Source: an uncultured Chloroflexia bacterium
GTDB taxonomy: Bacteria > Chloroflexota > Chloroflexia > Thermomicrobiales > UBA6265
Length of the DNA stretch: 64,000 nucleotides
Direction of reading: 5' to 3'
Assembly (NCBI GenBank): GCA_963737985.1
Contig: CAVTUU010000009.1
Location: 89,640 to 153,639, forward strand
A program made the position numbers and the translations under genes. This document shows, piece by piece, positions 55,910-64,000 of this stretch (its first letter is position 1; every line of letters begins with the position of its first letter). The notes beneath the pieces are model-generated. The model had not been told where the DNA came from and made no database searches. It saw only the letters and a list, made by a program, of their open reading frames with translations.

Positions 55910-56758
55910 TCATCCCCGAGGAATGAATGCGATCGCTCGCCCGGGACCGCCCGATGAGCCTTCAATCTTGAGAGGCAAAAACATGAACAGCGCTCCGCGC
56001 GGCGGCAACCTGACCAGGTTGGTCAGCAGTTCGATATACAGCATTCCGCGGCCGAGACCATACCAATGCGCCGATGGTCCGTTGTGCGACGAACCGATAC
56101 TTGCGCCATCAATGCCGATCGTGGTGATCCCTTTGCCGAGCAGGTATTCGAGCGCGGGCTCGTCCGGTGTCGGCCAACCGGGATCACGTTGAAGGACGAA
56201 CGAGGAGGTGATGTACGCTTGGCCCTCCGGCATATCGACATAGTGCCGGTCCCAGTCGCTGCGGAACAGCACGATCTCGCCTTCCCGCAAATCGCCGTGC
56301 TCAGCTTCCCACCGCTGGATGTGCTTCGGAAGAATCTCCGGACTGACGCCAGGCTCGCCGGTGTCAGTCAACTCGCTGACATCGATAACCACCGCTGGCC
56401 CAATGAGCCTCCCGAGTTCGACTTTGTCCCCGGTGGTCAGACCATGCTCGTTGGCATGTGGCAGGCCTGAATCCGGCGGCGGAATGAAGTGCGCCGGTGC
56501 GTCGAAATGTGTCCCGCAGTGTTCGTCGAGGGTGAGCCACGCGGTGTGGTACGGGCCGCGAAAGCCGTGGAGCGGTTGGACCTGATCGCTCCGGTTCGTG
56601 TACCAGTTGTAGACCTTGCGTTGAAACGGCATGTGGGTCGGCCAGGCAGGTGGGAGCCGCTCGGCCAGCGTTACGGTGAGGTCGACAAGCTCGGAATTCG
56701 CCAGAAGTTCGCCGACCGACTCGAGTCCTGTTGTAGACCCGGAATTCGAGGTTGTCAC
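55910..56758 (-). CDS. Cyclase family protein (kynurenine formamidase-like)
   Basis: Metal-binding signature DEHCGTHFDAPAHF. Confidence 0.85.
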   Translation of the reverse strand: MTTSNSGSTTGLESVGELLANSELVDLTVTLAERLPPAWPTHMPFQRKVYNWYTNRSDQVQPLHGFRGPYHTAWLTLDEHCGTHFDAPAHFIPPPDSGLPHANEHGLTTGDKVELGRLIGPAVVIDVSELTDTGEPGVSPEILPKHIQRWEAEHGDLREGEIVLFRSDWDRHYVDMPEGQAYITSSFVLQRDPGWPTPDEPALEYLLGKGITTIGIDGASIGSSHNGPSAHWYGLGRGMLYIELLTNLVRLPPRGALFMFLPLKIEGSSGGPGRAIAFIPRG

Positions 56759-56902
56759 ACGCGGACTCCTTGATCCCGATTGCAGCCGGAACGCGCCCTC
56801 CCGGCTTGGTGCTGTGCTGGAAGAATCTCATGGGAATTCTTGACCGGCAACCAGAGCGCAAGTCCTTCCTCTATCGAGTCGCCAGAATCAAAGTGGCGTT
56901 CG

Positions 56903-57955
56903 CTATTCGGTGCGCGTTTGGACCTTTTCCAGACGGAGGGCGAGGACGTTCAGTAAGAGCGCCGCGAGAAGAATGATGCCCTGGAGCGCCTCTTTGAAAT
57001 AGATGCTGATATTCGGCAAGAGATTCAGCCCGTTCGACAGAATGCCGAAGATGCACAGACCGATGAGGGTGTTCTTGATGCCACCCTCGCCGCCGAACAG
57101 CGAAGTGCCGCCAAGCACCACAGCCGCCACAGTTGACAGAAGGAGGTCACCGCCCGCCGCCGGGTTCGCACTATGTAAGCGGCCGACGAACAAGAGCCCG
57201 GAACAGCCTGCTGTTAACGCGCAGATCATCAGCGACATCATGACCACCTGCCGCGTATTAACACCTGACATCTCCGCGGCCTCGCGGTTGCCTCCGGTCA
57301 TGTACACGTATCGCCCAAATTTCGTGTAGCTCAAAATAATGTCGCCAACTGCCAAGAACCCGAGAGCGACGAGCCCAATGACGGGAATCCCGAGCACCTT
57401 GTCGCCCGCGCCCCCGAGGTGGCTGAGAAGAGACGGGACTTTCCCAATCGGCTTGCCCTCAGAAACGTAAACAGACAACCCATGAGCAATGGTGAGCATG
57501 GCCAGCGTCATCATGAAGGATGGAATGCCAACATAGGCGACCATAAAGCCATTCAGAAGTCCGAGCAGCGTCGCGACGGCAACGGAGACGAGGATGCCCC
57601 AGGAACCGAGATGAGGCCAATTCTCACCGACAAAGAGCGCCGCGCAGACAACGCCGGTCAACGTCGATATTGACCCGATGCTCAGGTCGATTTCGGCGCA
57701 GAGAAGCACGAAGGTGACGCCAGTCGCCGCGACGGCGACCGGACCGATTTGCGTGACGACGTTTTGCAGGTTGCGCGTCGTCAGGAAAACGTCAGTGACA
57801 AGACTGAAAAAGATGAACATGCAGACGAGAGTGGTAAGCGGAGCGAGCATGCGCGCGTGGCGGCTGCCCCAACGCAACGTGGATTGACCGAAACTTGATG
57901 AAGCCCGGTCGCCGCCAATCCCCGGTGCGAGCCCCTCAGGAATCTGCTGTGCCAT
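56903..57955 (-). CDS. Sugar ABC transporter permease (RbsC/AraH-type)
   Basis: 350 aa, multi-TM. ...LLCAEIDLSIGS...GGTSLFGGEGG.... Confidence 0.9.
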   Translation of the reverse strand: MAQQIPEGLAPGIGGDRASSSFGQSTLRWGSRHARMLAPLTTLVCMFIFFSLVTDVFLTTRNLQNVVTQIGPVAVAATGVTFVLLCAEIDLSIGSISTLTGVVCAALFVGENWPHLGSWGILVSVAVATLLGLLNGFMVAYVGIPSFMMTLAMLTIAHGLSVYVSEGKPIGKVPSLLSHLGGAGDKVLGIPVIGLVALGFLAVGDIILSYTKFGRYVYMTGGNREAAEMSGVNTRQVVMMSLMICALTAGCSGLLFVGRLHSANPAAGGDLLLSTVAAVVLGGTSLFGGEGGIKNTLIGLCIFGILSNGLNLLPNISIYFKEALQGIILLAALLLNVLALRLEKVQTRTE

Positions 57956-58063
57956 GAACCTTCTCCCTGCAACCGTCTCGCGTCGGTCATCGACGCTTCA
58001 AACCACAATCGATCAACACCGATCATCTGGTGGCGCTCCACCATTTGCGGAGCCTGAAAGGAG

Positions 58064-59593
58064 CTACGCGAAGCTCAAGAGCAGATCCTTTGAAACGCGT
58101 TCATGTGCAAACTCTTTGGTCACTCGTCCCTTAGACATGACCAGTACTCGATCTGATTCGGAAAGGACTGTTTCGGGTTCGGTCGACATCAAGATGATCG
58201 CGACCCCTTCGCTCTTTAGTGTCTGAATCAAGTCGAGAACTTCTCGTTTGGCGCCCACGTCCATCCCGCGCGTTGGCTCATTGAGGATGAGCAACTTCGG
58301 TTGCTGCGTGAGCCACTTGGCGAAGACAACCTTTTGTTGATTGCCGCCACTGAGGTATCCGGCCTTCAGCGTGGGGAGGGCTGGTCGCACGCCGGTGCGC
58401 TTCACGAGATCAGTCGCGACCCCGATTTCTGACCTTTGTGTGAACAGTGACGGGACAAGGTCATCGAGGTGGGCAAGGGTGATGTTCTTGTAAATCTCGT
58501 GCCGGGGGAACAATGTCGCCCGGCGGTTCTCCGTGAGATAGGCAATGCCGAGCCGCTTCGCTTCCTGGGCCGTTTTCGGCTGAATTTGACGGTTATCAAG
58601 GTAGATCCCGCCCGACCGCGGCCGCACCTGGCCGAACAGCGAACGTGCAACCTCAGTCATTCCAGCCCCAAGAAACCCGAACATCCCCAGAATCTCGCCC
58701 GAACGGACCGAAAAGGACACATCGATGAAAGCGCCGGGTACGGTTAATTGTTCGAGCCGCAGCACTTCTGGACCGTCGACCGGCGGCGGAAGTTGCACGT
58801 CACCTTCATAGCTCTCCGCGAGCACACTTGCGTCTCTACCGATCATTAACTCAATCAAGCGGTGCTTGGTCAGACCCTGGATCGGCAATGTCGCGACCTT
58901 GCGCGCGTTTTTGAGTACGGTCACCCGATCGGCAACCGCCACGACGTCCTCCAGAAAATGGGATATGAAAATCAAACTCTTGCCACGTGCCTTGAGTTGG
59001 CGCATCAGCCCAAAGAGGCGCTCGGCCTCGGGCGCGGAAAGCGCGGAGGTCGGCTCGTCCAGGATGATGATGTCCGCTCCAGAGAAAACGACCCGGGAAA
59101 TTTCCACAAGCTGCTGGGAACCAAGCGAAAACTTGTTCAGCCTTTCGCTGGCATCGAGATCGATCCCGAGTGATCGCAATTGAGAAGCGGCCTCTCGATT
59201 CATCCGCTTCCAATTGACCAACCCAACCCGGTTTGTCAGTTGCCTTCCCAGGAAGACATTCTCCGCGACGGTCAGCGCGGGCATGCCAGTCAGTTCCTGG
59301 TAGATCATGCCGATACCGCGCGCCTTCGCATCAGCCGGCGAGTTGAATCGAATCGTTTCACCGCGAAGGAGCAACTCGCCTTCATCCGGTGAATGCACGC
59401 CGCTCAGGATCTTCATCAGCGTGCTTTTACCAGCGCCGTTTTCGCCAACTAGGCCGTGGATTTCACCGGGCGCGAGATCGAAATCGACACCATCGAGTGC
59501 CGTCGCCCCGCCGAACCGCTTTGTTGCGCCGGCGAGTGCGAGAAGGGGCGCGGCCGGCTGCCCGGCAACGTGTTCTTCAACGTGTTCCGTCAT
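58064..59593 (-). CDS. Sugar ABC transporter ATP-binding protein (duplicated ABC domains)
   Basis: GENGAGKST, LSGGNQQK and two Walker B segments (IIILDEPT / LLILNEPT). Start ATG 59593 is preferred over 59674. Confidence 0.9.
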   Translation of the reverse strand: MTEHVEEHVAGQPAAPLLALAGATKRFGGATALDGVDFDLAPGEIHGLVGENGAGKSTLMKILSGVHSPDEGELLLRGETIRFNSPADAKARGIGMIYQELTGMPALTVAENVFLGRQLTNRVGLVNWKRMNREAASQLRSLGIDLDASERLNKFSLGSQQLVEISRVVFSGADIIILDEPTSALSAPEAERLFGLMRQLKARGKSLIFISHFLEDVVAVADRVTVLKNARKVATLPIQGLTKHRLIELMIGRDASVLAESYEGDVQLPPPVDGPEVLRLEQLTVPGAFIDVSFSVRSGEILGMFGFLGAGMTEVARSLFGQVRPRSGGIYLDNRQIQPKTAQEAKRLGIAYLTENRRATLFPRHEIYKNITLAHLDDLVPSLFTQRSEIGVATDLVKRTGVRPALPTLKAGYLSGGNQQKVVFAKWLTQQPKLLILNEPTRGMDVGAKREVLDLIQTLKSEGVAIILMSTEPETVLSESDRVLVMSKGRVTKEFAHERVSKDLLLSFA

Positions 59594-59691
59594 TTGTAGG
59601 CGCACCAGACCGTTAAGAGTCGTCCGGTCAAGCACGAGGGATGGAGTGCTCGCACTCCATCCCTTTGCGCTCAAACGGACTCGCGAGCCTG

Positions 59692-60828
59692 TTAGTAGAG
59701 CAGGTTGTCTCCGAGCCAGATATAGCCAGGAGCATTGTCTTTCGTGATCGGGCCGCCGTCCGTGCGGATGAACTTCGGAAAGTCTCCGTAGTCCTTCTTG
59801 TACTTGTCGGTGCCGGAGATGGTCAGGTAGCCAGCCCAGATCGCACCGCCGTGAATGCGGCCCGACGGGTTGATGGTCGAAGCAGTCATCTTGTCGGCGA
59901 TGATCGCCTCGCAGACATTCCGCAGACCATCGACGCCAGTGATCTTGACCTGATCCTGCATGCTGGCCGCTTCGACAACCGCTCGCGCGGCGAGCGCCAT
60001 GTCGTCACTGTGGAAGAAGCCGCCCTTGACGTCAGGGTAGCGCTGAAGCAGGTCTTGCCAAAGGCTGGCAACCTTTTCAACCTGCCAGTCGCCAGGCGTT
60101 TCGTCGACAACTTCGATGTTCGGATATTGCGCGAGAACGTTGTGGAAGCCCTGGGCGCGACCTTGAGCGCCAGTGTGCGATAGCTGGCCCTGCGTATGAA
60201 TGACCTTGCCCTCGCCGCCGATGGCCTCGAACAGTTGCTTGCTGGACGTTTCGCCCATGTAGATGTTGTCGGGCTCGAGGAATGTCAGATGCCCGTAATC
60301 AGCGAAGGCCGCTGGATCTTGAATAACCCGCGTGTCCATAACGACCAGGGGCGTGCCCTTGGCGATGATCGCATCAGTACCGTCTTTGAGCGCGTCGGAA
60401 GCCGATGGGTGAAGGGCGACAAAATCCCAGTCCTCAGACGAGATCGTTTGCAGCGCCTGCAACTGCTTGTCGATCGAGAACTCGCCGTCAAACGACTTGA
60501 CCTCAACGCCAAGCAAATCGCCAAAGAGCGCGCAGGTCTCGATCCCGTGCGACACCCATGTCGACGCCGCGCCGACTTCAACGGTTGCCGCGCGGTACTT
60601 CTTCGCCGGCAGATCGTCGGGAAGAATACCGAGATTGTTGAGCGCCTCGGCTCGGGTCATCCCCTGCCGGAAACCAGCGGCCGCGACAAGCGCGCCGATT
60701 GCGACTCCGCCTTGCATGAACCCACGACGGGAAATACCGTCGACCATTTCGCGAACCTGCTTGCGGCTCTTGGGTCGGGCTACGAGCTCCTTGACTTCGT
60801 CCACTCTTCGCTGAATCGACTCATCCAT
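59692..60828 (-). CDS. Sugar ABC transporter substrate-binding protein with Tat-type signal
   Basis: ATG 60828 follows GGAGAGGA. SRRGFMQGGVAIGALVAAAG. Periplasmic binding protein fold. Confidence 0.85.
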   Translation of the reverse strand: MDESIQRRVDEVKELVARPKSRKQVREMVDGISRRGFMQGGVAIGALVAAAGFRQGMTRAEALNNLGILPDDLPAKKYRAATVEVGAASTWVSHGIETCALFGDLLGVEVKSFDGEFSIDKQLQALQTISSEDWDFVALHPSASDALKDGTDAIIAKGTPLVVMDTRVIQDPAAFADYGHLTFLEPDNIYMGETSSKQLFEAIGGEGKVIHTQGQLSHTGAQGRAQGFHNVLAQYPNIEVVDETPGDWQVEKVASLWQDLLQRYPDVKGGFFHSDDMALAARAVVEAASMQDQVKITGVDGLRNVCEAIIADKMTASTINPSGRIHGGAIWAGYLTISGTDKYKKDYGDFPKFIRTDGGPITKDNAPGYIWLGDNLLY

Positions 60829-61343
60829 TGTCTGATCCTCTCCATTCTCGAGGGTAAGACACTCCAGCCAGCGCCCGCGCACTAGCGCCCCGTATAACAA
60901 CTGCACCTCAACGCCGTCTGAGGTCGCGCACGCATGACGTAATCTCGGCGCAGGCCCACAGGTGGGCGTCGAGGCATATCGAGGCCAAAGGTAAACAGAT
61001 ACGCTCTCAGGTAAGAGAGCCCAAACGAGAAATGGCCGAAGGGTAGTGATTCCAGCGTTACGCGCCCGCACAGCGCGCCTACACGGTCTGCCACCCCGTG
61101 TTGATGAAGAGAGCCGCTCCTGGCAGTTGGAGCCTGCCGACTATCGGAACTTTGTTGTGCGCATTTGACCTGGTAAGCACGGTAGCACAGTGGTTGATGT
61201 GGGTCAACACCATTGTAGATATCGCAAGAAAACTGTTTTCCCACTTTTTGCCTGTGGAGGTTTCGCTCTTAATACTACGAAGGAATGCTAGGATCGAGTG
61301 TTGGAATCACCTGGAGTGATCACGTTCACGCTGGAGTAATCAG

Positions 61344-62120
61344 GTGGGCGAAAGCGGCAACGAACTAGGCGGCAAGATCGCGATCGTTACCGGCGCTGGC
61401 AGCGGGCTCGGAATGGCCACCGCTCGCGCTCTGGCCGCGCATGGCGCAACTGTCGCGGTAACAGAACTCCCTGGTCGCGAAGACAGGGCGGAGCTCGTAG
61501 TTTCTTCAATCTCCGCCAAAGGTGGAAACGCCTTTCCAATCTCGCTCGATGTCACCGACCTGCAATCTATCCAATCCGCGGTTGACTCGGTCGTCGCACA
61601 CGCGGGCCGCATCGACATACTCGTCAACAACGCCGGTCTCAATATCGCCAAACCCGCGTTCGAGGTTGTCGAGGAAGATTGGGACCGCATCCACGATGTC
61701 AACCTAAAAGGTCTCTTCTTCATGGCCCAAGCAGCTGGACGAGTGATGCGCGAGCAAGAACCGGCTGGGGGCTGCATCGTCAACATGGCGAGCATCATGG
61801 GTTTGGTCGGCTATTTCAACCGAGCGCCGTATTGCGCGAGCAAAGCCGGCGTCGTGAACCTCACCCGCGTTCTGGCCATCGAATGGGCCGATTATGGGAT
61901 TCGGGTCAATGCGGTTTGCCCGACGTTCGTCGAAACCGAAATCAACCGTCACCTTTTTGCCGAAACATCGTTTCGTGAGGAAATTCTGCGCCGGACACCG
62001 CTCAAACGCTTAGGCACACCCGAAGATGTCGCCGCGGTGGTTCTCTTTTTTGTGAATCCCTCGTCGTCGTTGATCACTGGTCAGGCGCTCGCCACCGACG
62101 GCGGTTGGACCGCAATCTAG
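61344..62120 (+). CDS. SDR family oxidoreductase
   Basis: VTGAGSGLGMA, NNAG, and the S...YCASK catalytic pattern. GTG start. Confidence 0.9.
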   Translation: MGESGNELGGKIAIVTGAGSGLGMATARALAAHGATVAVTELPGREDRAELVVSSISAKGGNAFPISLDVTDLQSIQSAVDSVVAHAGRIDILVNNAGLNIAKPAFEVVEEDWDRIHDVNLKGLFFMAQAAGRVMREQEPAGGCIVNMASIMGLVGYFNRAPYCASKAGVVNLTRVLAIEWADYGIRVNAVCPTFVETEINRHLFAETSFREEILRRTPLKRLGTPEDVAAVVLFFVNPSSSLITGQALATDGGWTAI

Positions 62121-62244
62121 GACGAGTTCGACGACAGTGTTTCCTGCACCCCTACTCGTTCCCTTAGTCACGCAAAGCCTCAATGTGGTACCCATTGCAT
62201 GAAGCGCCGGCCGGGGAAGCATTTGAGAAAGGGTACCGAGAAGC

Positions 62245-63177
62245 ATGTCATCGACGTTAGGCGTTCTCGTTATGGCCTATGGCGGACCGGATAAACTCGA
62301 CGATGTCGAGCCATATCTGCTCGATGTCCGCAACTATCGTCCAACGTCGACCGAGGTCATCCACGAGATCACCGAGCGCTACCAGAAAATCGGTGGCCGC
62401 TCCCCTATTCGCGAATTGACCGAAGCGCAAGCCGCTGGTTTGGAACACGCGTTGAACGAAGACGACGATGATGTCACGGAGTGGCGAGCATTCGTCGGCA
62501 TGCGTCACTGGCATCCTTTCATCAGAGACACCCTTGCCGAGATGCAAAAAGCCGGCATCGAACGGGCGGTCGGTGTGGTCATGGCCCCGCACTACTCGCG
62601 GATGAGCATAGGCGCCTATTTCAAGAAGGTCGAGGAAGCGGAATCGTCGATCGAGATAGCGAGGGTCGATCGCTGGCACTTGCTCCCAGGTTATCTCGAC
62701 GCGGTTGAATCACGAGTGAAAGCGGCGCTGGAGAAGTTCCCCGCTGAGGTACGGTCGGAGGTCTCGGTTGTCTTCACCGCCCATAGTTTGCCGGAGCGTA
62801 TTCTCGAATGGGACGATCCCTATCCGCGGGAGCTCCAAGAAACCGTCAAAGCACTCGGTCCGCGCCTCAACGGGCAGCCGTATGAATTTGCCTACCAGAG
62901 CGCAGCAATGACGCCTGATCCGTGGCTTGGACCTGACGCCGGCGAAGTGATCGCTCGCTTGCATGCGGAAGGTAAGCGACACGTTCTGATCGCCCCCATC
63001 GGTTTTGCTTGTGAGCACGTCGAAATCTTGTACGACATCGACATCGACTTCAAACAGCAAGCGGAAGCGCTTGGCATGCAGCTCGAACGGATCGAGATGG
63101 TTAACGACGATCCTGCAATGATGGCTGGGTTGGCGGGATTGGTCTGCGCAAAAGCCGCGGAAGTGGGATGGCTTTGA
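62245..63177 (+). CDS. hemH: Ferrochelatase / coproporphyrin ferrochelatase
   Basis: GVLVMAYGGPDKLDDVEPYL...RYQKIGGRSP...FTAHSLP...ACEHVEILYDID. Confidence 0.95.
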   Translation: MSSTLGVLVMAYGGPDKLDDVEPYLLDVRNYRPTSTEVIHEITERYQKIGGRSPIRELTEAQAAGLEHALNEDDDDVTEWRAFVGMRHWHPFIRDTLAEMQKAGIERAVGVVMAPHYSRMSIGAYFKKVEEAESSIEIARVDRWHLLPGYLDAVESRVKAALEKFPAEVRSEVSVVFTAHSLPERILEWDDPYPRELQETVKALGPRLNGQPYEFAYQSAAMTPDPWLGPDAGEVIARLHAEGKRHVLIAPIGFACEHVEILYDIDIDFKQQAEALGMQLERIEMVNDDPAMMAGLAGLVCAKAAEVGWL

Positions 63178-64000
63178 GCGAGAAACGCCGAATCGCGGTT
63201 GTTGGGGGCGGGATCGCCGGACTCGCGACCGCATACCGCCTGACCACGATCGACCCTGCGGTTGCTGTCACGCTATTCGAGGCAGAATCGAGACTCGGGG
63301 GGAAGATCAAGACCGACAGTCTTGACGGGTACACCATCGAAGGCGGCCCCGACTCGTTTCTCTCCTACAAACCGCGTGGCATCGGACTTTGTCGCGAGCT
63401 CGGAATCGACGGCCAACTCCAAGGCGTGACCGAATCAACCCGGCGCAGCTTCGTTCTTCGTCATGACCGGCTCTACGACCTACCGGAAGGACTCACCGGT
63501 CTCATTCCGACCAAGCTCGGTCCCATGGCAAAGACCCGCCTGATTTCGCCCATTGGCAAAGCGCGAATGGCAGCTGATTACGTTTTGCCTGCCAAGAAGG
63601 ACGGCGGCGATGAGACGCTCGCTTCGTTCATCGAGCGCCGGTTGGGGCGCGAGGTCTACGAGAATCTGGTCGAGCCGCTGATGGCAGGGATCTACGCCGG
63701 CGACGGTCGCCAACTTTCGCTTGCCGCCACGTTTCCACAACTGCGAAGGGGCGAACTCGACCATGGCGGTCTGATCAAGGGCGTACTCGCCGCGCGCCGC
63801 ACTGCTCCGCAGCCAAACGGCAACGCGCCTCGCCTATCGCCTTTCTTGTCTCCTGTCGACGGCATGAGCGCTATCGTCTCCACGCTCGTCACGCGACTTC
63901 AGGAAGCCGGGGTCGGCATTCTGCTTGACCGGCGAATCGATCGAGTTTCGCGCGACGATCACGGTCGGTTTCACCTGATTGTCAACGGTCAACCCGACAT
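63168..64000 (+). CDS. hemY: Protoporphyrinogen/coproporphyrinogen III oxidase (HemY type), 3'-truncated by the window edge
   Basis: ATG 63168 overlaps the hemH stop by 10 nt. RIAVVGGGIAGLATAYRL...FEAESRLGGKI...GGPDSF. The frame is open to the window end, so it is absent from the ORF track. Confidence 0.85.
   Translation, partial: MALSEKRRIAVVGGGIAGLATAYRLTTIDPAVAVTLFEAESRLGGKIKTDSLDGYTIEGGPDSFLSYKPRGIGLCRELGIDGQLQGVTESTRRSFVLRHDRLYDLPEGLTGLIPTKLGPMAKTRLISPIGKARMAADYVLPAKKDGGDETLASFIERRLGREVYENLVEPLMAGIYAGDGRQLSLAATFPQLRRGELDHGGLIKGVLAARRTAPQPNGNAPRLSPFLSPVDGMSAIVSTLVTRLQEAGVGILLDRRIDRVSRDDHGRFHLIVNGQPD

Overview
This is a 64-kb chromosomal segment from a GC-rich bacterium (GC content not computed). 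The gene content (F420-type LLM oxidoreductase, PT-rich secreted proteins, many ECF sigma factors) and two copies of a GTCATTCTGAGCGAAGCGAAGAATC-type palindromic repeat suggest a Chloroflexota-like or related soil lineage, but that is inference only. I can support about 60 protein-coding genes. Most are housekeeping, metabolic or transport genes:
- a secreted S8 protease
- coxG-coxS-coxM-type genes without a large subunit
- an HpaB/flavin-reductase/RidA/DUF1028/LysR cluster
- PPK2
- an ECF sigma factor with a zinc-anti-sigma::MGMT fusion
- PBP1A
- two KAS-type condensing enzymes and fabD
- a split MgtE-sensor gene plus an Nramp-related transporter
- several MFS transporters and a sugar ABC transporter
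- SDRs, crcB, and hemH-hemY

I recognised no rRNA, tRNA, CRISPR array, transposase or integrase.

The best candidate for an undescribed system is a compact five-gene operon at 36070-40861. It encodes an ECF-like sigma factor, a small HTH-like protein, an ImmA/IrrE (HEIAH) metalloprotease, a NurA-like protein with apparently substituted catalytic positions, and a HerA/FtsK-type ATPase. Hairpins bound it on both sides, and it sits between fabF and unrelated metabolic genes.

Secondary items of interest are the ZAS-MGMT anti-sigma fusion, the PRC-MgtE_N-CBS protein coupled to an NRMT-like transporter, an unexplained ~640-nt gap with a strong minus-strand terminator, and two palindromic repeat elements.

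Caveat: at least eight frameshifts interrupt conserved genes, including fabF (three times), PBP1A and two genes of the candidate system. Most lie at short homopolymer runs. I read them as probable sequencing or assembly errors rather than real pseudogenes, but that must be checked.
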